A stretch of DNA of 51,150 nucleotides from a virus (lineage: Duplodnaviria; Caudoviricetes). Below are positions 34,511-43,603 of the stretch, one piece after another. Both the position numbers and the translations under genes were made by a program. Under the pieces are notes generated by a model that was not told where the DNA came from, made no database searches, and saw nothing but the letters and a program-made list of their open reading frames with translations. Numbering within the stretch: the stretch's first letter is position 1; each line of letters opens with the position of its first letter. The stretch is from positions 1 to 51,150 of the IMG/VR virus record IMGVR_UViG_3300044653_000021; one strand, 5' to 3'.

Positions 34511-36014
34511 TTATGAACATAGATTAGCATTTCATTTCCATAATATAGATCGGAGAGGTCTACTTATCCATCCTGACCTAAAAGAACAAGCTCGTCTTAA
34601 ATGTGAAGAAGAACTAACAAACAACTGTGCTTATCTTAGTAACTTCTGGAATACAGAAGTCTATATTGGCAGTGAAAATGCTCCAGAAAATCCAACACGT
34701 CCGACAATGAATCTGAATGCAAATTCAGGGAACAATACTGTTCTGATAAATCTTACTCGTCTTGGATATAACGTCCCTAAGATTCGTAAGAAAAATATCG
34801 AAACAGACTCCTATGAACTAGAAGAAAGTGCGGGAGAGTTAGCATTAGTAAAATTATTAGCCGACCCATCCCGATGGCCCTCTCCTTCTGCTGGAGAGGG
34901 CATTAAAAAGTTATTGGAAACGAGAGAAGTAATCACTTTTAGGAATAGGTATATCAATGCGCGACTTTATCATAACATATATTTTGCCAATCATAATGTG
35001 GCAGCTACGGTTACTGGGCGTAGAGGAAGTAAAAAGACTATCTTTGGATTCGGAGGAAATGACCAGAATTTCCCGTCCAGAGGAAGATTATCTGATATAT
35101 GGAAAGAATGTGTTGTGGTACGTCCGGGTAAACTCTTCTTCTTTGTTGACCAAGTAAGTGCCGAGGATTGGCCAGTACAAGCATTGTCGGAGAATCACAC
35201 AGCTTTAGCACAAATGATTGCTGGTGTTAATAGACATTATATTTTTGCTAGTCAGATTTTTGGTTTATCCGTAGATGAGTTAAAAAAGAAACGTTCTAAT
35301 AAAGACGGTTCTTACACAAAAGAACAACAAGACGAAGCAGAGATGCAGTATTATATGGGAAAGAAGGCCCGACATAGCAACAATTATGGTATGCAACCAA
35401 CTACTTTCTCCGAAGCACTTGCAAAAGAAGGCGGTTTTACTGTTCCAATAGAAGCTTGTAAAAACATTCTTAGTATCGTAGACAGGATCGACCCAAATGT
35501 TAAACGAATCTTTCATAAGTATATCCAAGATAAACTTGCCAACTCCGCACATATGCTTCAAACACCATTGGGACGGGAAAGAGCCTTCCTTGGATTACGT
35601 AGTGGTGAAAAGAATTACTCGATTCTTAATGAAGCATATTCTTACGTCCCCCAAAGTACAGTCGGTGATAATACGGGACTTGCAGTTTGCGAACTCGAAG
35701 CATGTCACAATTATATACTCCAAGATGGACATGACAGTTTATGTCAAGAAATACCTGATAACGAACAGACACTCAGAACGGTATTTAAAAACACTGCAAA
35801 TGCGTTTAAGAGAAGGATTACGTTTCATAACGGAGTAGAGATAGAGATTCCGATAGAAGGTCAAATTGGGTTTAATTGGAAAGATAAGATTAAGTTAGAA
35901 GAGTATAGCGAAGATTGTTTAATGAATGCATATAAGGAACTAAAGGAGAAATATGGAAATAGCAGAACTACAACAAGTAGCATTCAACAATGCCAAGAAA
36001 TTGGGATGGTGTGA
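34476..36014 (+). CDS. polA: family A DNA polymerase, polymerase-domain subunit
   Basis: ATVTGR.S...N.QNFP, motif A FVDQVSAED, motif B GKKARHSNNYGM, TPLGRER, PQSTVGD, motif C GHDSL; start codon uncertain. Confidence 0.9.
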   Translation: MSIKLQNLITSNYEHRLAFHFHNIDRRGLLIHPDLKEQARLKCEEELTNNCAYLSNFWNTEVYIGSENAPENPTRPTMNLNANSGNNTVLINLTRLGYNVPKIRKKNIETDSYELEESAGELALVKLLADPSRWPSPSAGEGIKKLLETREVITFRNRYINARLYHNIYFANHNVAATVTGRRGSKKTIFGFGGNDQNFPSRGRLSDIWKECVVVRPGKLFFFVDQVSAEDWPVQALSENHTALAQMIAGVNRHYIFASQIFGLSVDELKKKRSNKDGSYTKEQQDEAEMQYYMGKKARHSNNYGMQPTTFSEALAKEGGFTVPIEACKNILSIVDRIDPNVKRIFHKYIQDKLANSAHMLQTPLGRERAFLGLRSGEKNYSILNEAYSYVPQSTVGDNTGLAVCELEACHNYILQDGHDSLCQEIPDNEQTLRTVFKNTANAFKRRITFHNGVEIEIPIEGQIGFNWKDKIKLEEYSEDCLMNAYKELKEKYGNSRTTTSSIQQCQEIGMV

Positions 36015-36276
36015 CAAGCCCGTACCCGTGCCAGAAATGATAGCACTTATTCACAGTGAAGCAAGTGAGGCACTTGAGGAATACAGGAATGGTAAACCAT
36101 TGTATTATAAGGGACCAAATGGAAAACCAGAAGGAATTGCTAGTGAGTTTGCGGATATTATGATACGTATAGGGCATTACTCAGAACTACTTGGGATTAA
36201 TTTAGAAGAAGCTATTAATGAAAAACTAGATTATAATCTAACTCGTGGTCATCGTCATGGTGGGAAATTAGCATAA
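35953..36276 (+). CDS. MazG-like NTP pyrophosphohydrolase
   Basis: ALIHSEASEALEEYR...EFADIMIR...EK..YN.TR..RHGGK. Confidence 0.85.
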   Translation: MEIAELQQVAFNNAKKLGWCDKPVPVPEMIALIHSEASEALEEYRNGKPLYYKGPNGKPEGIASEFADIMIRIGHYSELLGINLEEAINEKLDYNLTRGHRHGGKLA

Positions 36277-36289
36277 AGAAAGTTGCTCC

Positions 36290-37516
36290 GTGCCCCGTAT
36301 ACTTAAGAAACCTTGGTTAGATGCGTTTAGTGATTATTGTCAAGGAATGGAAACGCCACGGGAGTATATTAATTGGGTAGGGATATCAGTTCTATCATCA
36401 GCATTGAAACGACGATGTTACATCTGGTATAGAGGAATAAAGTTTTATCCTAATCAATATATAATCCTAGTCGGCCCACCCGGTATTGGAAAAGGGGAGA
36501 GTATAAATGCTGCGACGAAAATAGCGAATGAAGTAAAAGCAATTAATTATATTAAGGACTGGGTTACTCCACAGGAAATTATAGAAGAGTTAAGCGCGGG
36601 CTTTCAGCATATCAATTTAAAGCCCGGACAGGTGATAACAACTAATGTTGTACAAGATCACACATGTTGTATCATGGCTCCGGAATTGGCAGTATTTTTA
36701 CAGCAGTATGATAATTTGCACAGCCTTATGTGCGCTTGGTGGGATCAAAATAAGTTCGATTACAAGACTAAGAACAAAGGAAAACATGTTATTGAGGATA
36801 TGTCAGTTTCTCTTCTTGGTGGCTGCGTCCCTGACTACGTTCGGAGTCTTAGTAAAGATCGACTCGCTCCCATTACTGGTGGCTTTACTGCTCGTACTAT
36901 ATTTGTTTATGCTACTGAAAAGTTTCAACTTATAGATAATAGTTTTGGTGCTCCAAACGGTAGTAAAACAAAAATCCATGATGACTTAGTAAATGATTTA
37001 CGACATATCACTACTCTAACGGGCGAATTAAGGATAAGCAAAGATGCCGAAACACTCTGGCAACAAGTCTACCAAGAACACAACAAACGGGGAGCTATTG
37101 ATTCTGACGCTAGTGCGAACTTTAAAAGCAGAATCTCCAGTCATATTATCAAAACGGCAGTTACAATCAGTATTTCTGACTCCGATAACCTCGTCATCAC
37201 AAGAGATCACCTTGACACAGCTATACGACTTATTGAAGGGATCAGAGATAAAGTTGATATTGTGTTTAGATCCATCGGTGAAAGTCCTCTTGCCGTGACG
37301 ATGGATAAGGTGATTAAGTTGGTGGATATGAAGGGAATAGTACTTTATAAGGAGTTGTTAAAATATGTAATGAGAGACGCTACACAGGATCAGTTAAATG
37401 GTATATTACAAGTTCTCGTAAAAACCGGAATGATTGTGGAAAAGATTAATGTAAATAGCCAAGTAGAATATTGGAGTACAAATTTTATCAAAACACAAGG
37501 AGCAGGGAATCCATGA
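36290..37516 (+). CDS. DUF3987/YfjI-like P-loop ATPase (putative replicative helicase)
   Basis: YPNQYIILVGPPGIGKG, PEL..FL, GGFTARTIFVY motifs and a winged-helix-like C-terminus. Confidence 0.7.
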   Translation: MPRILKKPWLDAFSDYCQGMETPREYINWVGISVLSSALKRRCYIWYRGIKFYPNQYIILVGPPGIGKGESINAATKIANEVKAINYIKDWVTPQEIIEELSAGFQHINLKPGQVITTNVVQDHTCCIMAPELAVFLQQYDNLHSLMCAWWDQNKFDYKTKNKGKHVIEDMSVSLLGGCVPDYVRSLSKDRLAPITGGFTARTIFVYATEKFQLIDNSFGAPNGSKTKIHDDLVNDLRHITTLTGELRISKDAETLWQQVYQEHNKRGAIDSDASANFKSRISSHIIKTAVTISISDSDNLVITRDHLDTAIRLIEGIRDKVDIVFRSIGESPLAVTMDKVIKLVDMKGIVLYKELLKYVMRDATQDQLNGILQVLVKTGMIVEKINVNSQVEYWSTNFIKTQGAGNP

Positions 37517-38106
37517 GTAAGAAAGTGAATATTGTTTTAGAAGAAATTGATCCACAATGGGCCAACATTAAGGGCCAATATCTTATTTCCCCCATCTACG
37601 GTGGCAGTGGACGTGTTCTAGTACAAGAAGATCCATACAAATCAAAGTATGAATGTTCCAAATGTCATGGAGTAGGCCACTTAGGAGAAGTTTGTAAATG
37701 GTGCCTTGGAACTAAATTTGAAAAGGGCAAAGAAGAAAATGGTTACTGTCGTGATTGCACCGTTGGCGCAGATAATAACGCGGCAGGAAAAACATTAGGT
37801 CATGTAGCATGTGACTTATGTCATGGTACAGGCGGTTCAATTGTAGTACCGGATGAAAATCAACGAAATACTACTACTGGAGATATTCTTGCTATAAGTA
37901 ATAGAGATATATTAGAAGTCAGGGTTGGTGATAAAGTAATGTTTACAAACTATTCAGGTAGTCCCTTTAAATTCATGGATATAGATCTTCGTATAATTAT
38001 AGAACGTGATTTATTAGGTAAAGTAAAACAACTTAAACATAACGTAGAAGGTCTTAATGAAGGGAATTTTGCTGATTTAGAAAATACTGGAGTACCGAGG
38101 GAATAA
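37513..38106 (+). CDS. groES: GroES/Cpn10 co-chaperonin with an inserted DnaJ-type zinc-finger domain
   Basis: GroES motifs RVLV, GSIVVP, TTGDILAI, VRVGDKVMF..YSG and IIERDLLG flank four CxxC(xGxG) repeats. Confidence 0.8.
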   Translation: MSKKVNIVLEEIDPQWANIKGQYLISPIYGGSGRVLVQEDPYKSKYECSKCHGVGHLGEVCKWCLGTKFEKGKEENGYCRDCTVGADNNAAGKTLGHVACDLCHGTGGSIVVPDENQRNTTTGDILAISNRDILEVRVGDKVMFTNYSGSPFKFMDIDLRIIIERDLLGKVKQLKHNVEGLNEGNFADLENTGVPRE

Positions 38107-38108
38107 TT

Positions 38109-38531
38109 ATGCCTATGAACCCAATAGAAGCACTAGCAGATTGTATCTTTCAATTTGAAGGCTATTTCCGTCCCGGTAGTTCTGTTGGTGGAGTAAAGGG
38201 AAGTACATCATGGAGGAATAGGAATCCGGGGAATCTTCGGCCAACATCAACAGCACAATTAGCAGATGAGAAAGGTTATAGAATATTTATTTCTCTTGCT
38301 GAAGGTTGGAATGCTTTGTTAAATGATATTCAGGCAAAAGTAATCTTCGGCACACATGGTATAACCCCGGCCAGTACTCTTACTGATTTCTTTAACATCT
38401 ACGCACCTGCATTGGACAAGAATGACCCAGAACAATACAGCCGTCAAGTTGCTCTTTGGCTTACGAAAATATATAATGCCCAAGTAATGCCAACGACGAC
38501 ATTGAAGGAAATTATGGAGTTGGGAAAATAA
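38109..38531 (+). CDS. lysozyme-like protein (candidate endolysin or virion muralytic protein)
   Basis: FEG...SWRNRNPGNLR...F....GW.AL...YAP..D.NDPEQY motif. Confidence 0.65.
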   Translation: MPMNPIEALADCIFQFEGYFRPGSSVGGVKGSTSWRNRNPGNLRPTSTAQLADEKGYRIFISLAEGWNALLNDIQAKVIFGTHGITPASTLTDFFNIYAPALDKNDPEQYSRQVALWLTKIYNAQVMPTTTLKEIMELGK

Positions 38532-38532
38532 C

Positions 38533-38748
38533 ATGCACAAACTATCTCCTAAACAATTAGAACAAGCATCTTTAGTGTCTAAAGGTCTAACAGATAAAGA
38601 AATAGCCAATATTATGCATCTATGCCTTGGAACAATAAAAAATAATAATAAATTAATGTATAGAAAAATGGATCTTAAAGCTGGTGATGGTAATAGAGTA
38701 AAACTGGCTAGATGGTACTGGGAAACATATGAAAAAGGCCCCAAATAA
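38533..38748 (+). CDS. LuxR-type HTH regulator (candidate late activator)
   Basis: LSPKQ....LV.KGLTDKEIA..M.L..GTIK.....MYRKM....RV.LA. Confidence 0.8.
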   Translation: MHKLSPKQLEQASLVSKGLTDKEIANIMHLCLGTIKNNNKLMYRKMDLKAGDGNRVKLARWYWETYEKGPK

Positions 38749-38767
38749 AACTGGGGCCTTTTGTTTT
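38733..38767. terminator. bidirectional intrinsic terminator at the convergence of the two arms
   Basis: aaaaggcccca-aataaaac-tggggcctttt. Confidence 0.85.
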
Positions 38768-38787
38768 GTGTTAAATATTTTAAAAAT

Positions 38788-41037
38788 TTAATGCGCAGTC
38801 CAGCTACTACCATTACATAAAGCCTCTACGGTATTACTACCACTTCCTACGATATTAGCATTATATGTTACTGTAGTAGAATCTGTAACAATAGCTGTCT
38901 GTCCCTTTAAATTTCCTACGCATGATGGTAAATTAGCAAATACTTGTGGTACACTTCCTATTAATGATATTGCTGTACTTCCAAGTGATGAACTTGGAAA
39001 TAATGTCGGCCCTCCAGCATTTGTCCCTGCCCCAGCAGCACCATACCATGAAGCTACTACATATTGAGTAACACCATTACGATTTCCAATAGTTACTTGT
39101 ATTTGAGGAATAGAGGAACTATTTAGTTTTATAGTAGGACTGGTAAATACTGGTTGGTTGTTATAAAAATAATTTACTGGCACATCTAAAGTACAGGACA
39201 CAGGTTCAAAGACTGCACAAGAAACATCTAGAATCATAGTAGCCATTCTATTAGTATTATTAGGCCAGCTAAGAATTAAACGTCCTTGTAAATCTCCTGA
39301 TTGTCCTGTTCCTGGTATGGCTTGTGCTATAACATAAGTTCCATCTGCTGAAATATTTTTATAACCTGTAACAATCATCGGTGGTTGTTTCTGTAGATTA
39401 GAAGCTGTAGTTCCAGGATAATCTAAAGCTAACCAAGGTTCAACAGAATAAGTTCCTCCAGATGTTATATTTGGTATAGCGATACCATATAATCCTGCTC
39501 CTCCAGTTATCTGAATATTTCCTTCAGCTTGTACATTTCCAGTAGAACCTACTGCTATAGCATTAGGATTCGATCCTACAAACTCACCAAAAACATGAAG
39601 TTGACTTTCTACTATTTGCCCATTAATTGTAAGAAAAGAAGATGGAGCTACGTCCATATTACCTTTTAAATTAATCGTTCCATGATAAATAGTAGCTACA
39701 TTATCTATAAGTAGTCCGATTTGATTTGCTTCAATATTAAACCATAAATCAAAATCACTATATCCAAAACTAAAAGTTCCTCCATTTATAGTTAAATGTA
39801 ACTCATTTGTATTTCCAGTTATTGTTCCTCCTATACCATAACCAAAATGGACATTATGCATATACGTCCGCTCTGTCCATCCACCGGAAATATTTTCTAG
39901 TAGTACTCCATTAGCTCCTGTTCCCCAAGTATTTACCGCTGTTCCAGTACATCCTGATATTGTAAGATCCTCCCATGTAGAACCTTGAAGTGTCCCAGAA
40001 TGGATACAATTTATAGCTGACGATGTTCCTACTAAGGAAAATCCACGTAATACTCCAGCTTTTTCTAATGTAAATGGCACCATTTGCCATCTAATACCAT
40101 CACCTGAACCAGTATAATTTAATACAGTTAATAAACTTCCTGCACCTATTAAAGATTGTGAAGGATTTAACATATTTATTGTTGTAGTATATGTATATGT
40201 CCCTGCGGGTATTTGTACTATACATATATTATTACAATTTGAAAAAGCAGCATTTACCCAAGCACCTAGATCACTCCCTGAACACCAAGTAGGTGCTATA
40301 GAGGTACTACATATTGTTGGATTATATATACCATTATCTGTTCCATTTACACTATTGGATGTAAATAATGTATTAGATGTATTATTCCATGCAAAATAAG
40401 GACTAGCACTAAATCCTCCACTACCATTATTATAAGGTATTTGAGTACTATTTCCTGGAACTCCAAGATTTCCAAGTGCCTGCCATGAATTAGCAGGACA
40501 TGGACCTACATAACATCCTTTAAATAATCCAGAAGTAGTATTCCAATAAATACTCCCTGTACCACCATTAGCTTCATTATCTGAATAAGCTCTTTGCAAA
40601 GTAGGACCTGTGTTCACTACAGGTACTGTGAGATAACTACTAAGACTTGCACTAAGATTTTGCGATGTTCCTGTTACAAATATTAGTCCAGTACTACAGT
40701 TTGCTGTTGTGGCATTAGGGCATATAATAAAGTTCCAACGGGAACCAGCGGGTGTTAATTTGGCATTATCATCGAGAGATATAGTGAAGGTTCCTAAACT
40801 GTTTGTAGTAATAACATTATTTGGACTTGCTATAGGAACACCACTATTAAGCAAAGTTGCCGGATTACCAAAAGGGGGAACTATATTAATAGTAACCGTA
40901 GCATTACTCCATACCTGTATACTAGAATCAGTAAGGGTAGCAGTAACACTAGTACAGTTTCCGACACACTGACTATAAAGATTAGATGAAATAGAGAATA
41001 GTATAAAAAGAAAAGTAATCCTTATAATATTTTTCAT
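38788..41037 (-). CDS. tailspike/tail-fibre-like protein with a pectate-lyase-like beta-helix and an N-terminal signal peptide
   Basis: start moved to MKNII; D.GAWVNAA...VQIPAGTY...SLIGAG...T.L beta-helix entry motif; C-terminal LPSC...G..A.VTDS...CNGSSW fibre motif. Confidence 0.7.
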   Translation of the reverse strand: MKNIIRITFLFILFSISSNLYSQCVGNCTSVTATLTDSSIQVWSNATVTINIVPPFGNPATLLNSGVPIASPNNVITTNSLGTFTISLDDNAKLTPAGSRWNFIICPNATTANCSTGLIFVTGTSQNLSASLSSYLTVPVVNTGPTLQRAYSDNEANGGTGSIYWNTTSGLFKGCYVGPCPANSWQALGNLGVPGNSTQIPYNNGSGGFSASPYFAWNNTSNTLFTSNSVNGTDNGIYNPTICSTSIAPTWCSGSDLGAWVNAAFSNCNNICIVQIPAGTYTYTTTINMLNPSQSLIGAGSLLTVLNYTGSGDGIRWQMVPFTLEKAGVLRGFSLVGTSSAINCIHSGTLQGSTWEDLTISGCTGTAVNTWGTGANGVLLENISGGWTERTYMHNVHFGYGIGGTITGNTNELHLTINGGTFSFGYSDFDLWFNIEANQIGLLIDNVATIYHGTINLKGNMDVAPSSFLTINGQIVESQLHVFGEFVGSNPNAIAVGSTGNVQAEGNIQITGGAGLYGIAIPNITSGGTYSVEPWLALDYPGTTASNLQKQPPMIVTGYKNISADGTYVIAQAIPGTGQSGDLQGRLILSWPNNTNRMATMILDVSCAVFEPVSCTLDVPVNYFYNNQPVFTSPTIKLNSSSIPQIQVTIGNRNGVTQYVVASWYGAAGAGTNAGGPTLFPSSSLGSTAISLIGSVPQVFANLPSCVGNLKGQTAIVTDSTTVTYNANIVGSGSNTVEALCNGSSWTAH

Positions 41038-41038
41038 A

Positions 41039-43603
41039 TTAGAATCCATTACATCCAAATACAATAGTATCTCCACTAGTTGCAGTCATCTTAAGATTTA
41101 CACCAGTCGTTGTAGTGGCTGATTGCCTAATAGCTACAGTAGGAACATTTGTTAAATCTGAATACCAACAAACAAATCCATTAGCTGGGGAAAATGGCAA
41201 AGAACTAAAATTAAGGCTAATAGTACAAGCAGAACTAGTTCCTATTACAAAAGAACCATAAGTAGGACCACCCTTCAAAGTTGTTTCAGAACAGCCATTA
41301 TTAGAAGTAAATAATGTCCCTACAGATGTGTATAATGCTGAAGAATTTATAGCAAGAACTGGTCCACTCATTCCAGAGCCATCGGTATTTATACATGTAT
41401 TCTCAATTATAGGATGTGTTAAATTCCCATGCTCATACGTAATCATAGCATCTGAGCATTTGGCTCCGGTGATATTATCTATTAATGCATTCCCAGACCC
41501 TATACCGAAATCAACACTATCAAGTCTTATATTAGTACAAGTAGAACCAAAACCAGCAGTTCCTATAGTAATTCCTACTCCTCCCGTATTAAAAGCATGA
41601 AAACCAGTATTAAATGTTCCCGATGTATTATAGGTATTATAAGCCTCTTGAAATGAAGCCTGTCTAGAAACATCACCACATACATCTATATCAGTAGCAA
41701 AATATTCTGCGTGTAAATGATCAAATTGAAAAGTAGAACCGGCAATACAAAAGGCACATCCTTGTGTAGCTCCACTACCCACCATCTGTGGAATACCTGA
41801 ACCACCACCTACAGACTTATCGGCTATACTTATTGTTATATGTCCTTTAAATCTTCCTGGTCCTTGATTATTAGCAACACCTGTAACAAGTAACCCCATA
41901 AAATTATTATTTTGACATGGATCAGGTGATATTGTGGCTACAGAAGTACCACCACCACAGGACATAAGTGTATTAATAGGAACTGTCCCTGTAGAACATC
42001 CTGCACTTCCAATATTACAAGAACATCCACCTGTCTTAGTACAATATTCAGGATTTATATTTCCACTAAAAGGCCCAGAACCCATAGAATTAGTATCCCC
42101 ACTAGCTGTTCCTCCGTAAGCTCCTGATTGGTCCCAACGAGCATAATAGTCCATACAATTAGCAATATGCATACCACCTGGACCAAAGCCCGTTTCTTCT
42201 TCTCCTTGTGCTTGAACAAAACCTCCAGAGGCAGGAAAGAAGTGGCAGTTAATTACATAACCATCCATATAAGCATCATATGCTCCGCCTCCGCCTCCTG
42301 TTCCTAAAGCTACTACTGGAGTTTCTAAATTAGCAGTTCCAGTACATCCTGAGTTACATGATCCTGTGACACCACTTACAACCCATAATGTAAATATTTG
42401 TGGAGAAGTTGTTTGTGTTACCGCCTTTACAAACCAAGCATTATTCTCAGATACTACATTACTTCCATATATGTGTATAATGCGATTTGTTTGTAAAGCA
42501 TTTAAATCTGTTGTAGTAACATCAAAAGGTGTACCTGAAACTGTTACAGTAGCTACATTACCTGAGACAACAAAACTTGTTAATGTCCCTACCTGTGCTT
42601 GAAATCCACCATTAACACAATTATCTAAAGCTGGATTACATGGACCAATAAAAGAATTTGATGGATTTTGTAAATTTGAATTCCCTCCCATTCCTACCAT
42701 ATGGACAGTATTAGGAATTTCAAAAGTACTCATACCATCTAACTTCATCCAATGATATCCTAAATGACTATCTTCAAATATCCCACTCATTCCAGTAAGG
42801 GGCTGTCTGGAGCATGTTTGTATTCCGGTCATATCATCTATAATATGAAGAGACACACCACCAGCACCGAAAGTACTAACAATATTGTGTATTGCCACAC
42901 ATTCATCAGCATATAATGAACATACTGTACTAGACCCACACCATGAGGAAACGGCTATGGAATAATTAAGTGGATCTAAAGATGTAGCTAATAGTCCTCC
43001 CCCCACCGGTTGTCCTTGTGCCATATTATTAACAGCAGTTCCACTTGTACTAATCCAATTAGTATTAGTAGAACAAGGATTAGCTATACAAAGGTGAATA
43101 GTATTATCAGTAAGATTATAATAAGCACTCCCTAACCCAGACACAGCCGCTTCTGGATTGGCAAAGAGTCTTGGATATTGAAAAGCACTTGCTGCGATAG
43201 TAGGGAGAGTATTATTTATTTGAGTTGATAAATTAATAGTTGATCCATATACATCCTGTAATGATGTACTACATGAATTATTCGCCTGAGCACAGACAGT
43301 AAAAGCCCATAAGGAACCAGTAGGAAAAATAGTGTGATCATCAGTGAGAGTAATTGTAAATGTCCCTGAGCCACTCATTGTACTCTGTACAACACAAGGA
43401 AGTGAACTACCTCCCATATTTACACCATTTACTTTATACTGATTACATGCAATAGTTCCAGTAATAGGTGTAAGAGTAGCTATTACTGTCCCATTAGCGT
43501 AAGGAAAACCATCTGGACTTACAATGGTGGCAGTAACAGATGTACCGAAAGAAAAACCACTTAAAAAAAGTAATAAACTACAAAGAGTAAACAGTTTTCT
43601 CAT
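41039..43603 (-). CDS. large Cys-rich tail-fibre/spike-like protein with an N-terminal signal peptide
   Basis: MRKLFTLCSLLLFLSGFSFG-T; N-domain paralogous to 38788-41037; Gly/Thr/Ser/Cys-rich. Confidence 0.65.
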   Translation of the reverse strand: MRKLFTLCSLLLFLSGFSFGTSVTATIVSPDGFPYANGTVIATLTPITGTIACNQYKVNGVNMGGSSLPCVVQSTMSGSGTFTITLTDDHTIFPTGSLWAFTVCAQANNSCSTSLQDVYGSTINLSTQINNTLPTIAASAFQYPRLFANPEAAVSGLGSAYYNLTDNTIHLCIANPCSTNTNWISTSGTAVNNMAQGQPVGGGLLATSLDPLNYSIAVSSWCGSSTVCSLYADECVAIHNIVSTFGAGGVSLHIIDDMTGIQTCSRQPLTGMSGIFEDSHLGYHWMKLDGMSTFEIPNTVHMVGMGGNSNLQNPSNSFIGPCNPALDNCVNGGFQAQVGTLTSFVVSGNVATVTVSGTPFDVTTTDLNALQTNRIIHIYGSNVVSENNAWFVKAVTQTTSPQIFTLWVVSGVTGSCNSGCTGTANLETPVVALGTGGGGGAYDAYMDGYVINCHFFPASGGFVQAQGEEETGFGPGGMHIANCMDYYARWDQSGAYGGTASGDTNSMGSGPFSGNINPEYCTKTGGCSCNIGSAGCSTGTVPINTLMSCGGGTSVATISPDPCQNNNFMGLLVTGVANNQGPGRFKGHITISIADKSVGGGSGIPQMVGSGATQGCAFCIAGSTFQFDHLHAEYFATDIDVCGDVSRQASFQEAYNTYNTSGTFNTGFHAFNTGGVGITIGTAGFGSTCTNIRLDSVDFGIGSGNALIDNITGAKCSDAMITYEHGNLTHPIIENTCINTDGSGMSGPVLAINSSALYTSVGTLFTSNNGCSETTLKGGPTYGSFVIGTSSACTISLNFSSLPFSPANGFVCWYSDLTNVPTVAIRQSATTTTGVNLKMTATSGDTIVFGCNGF

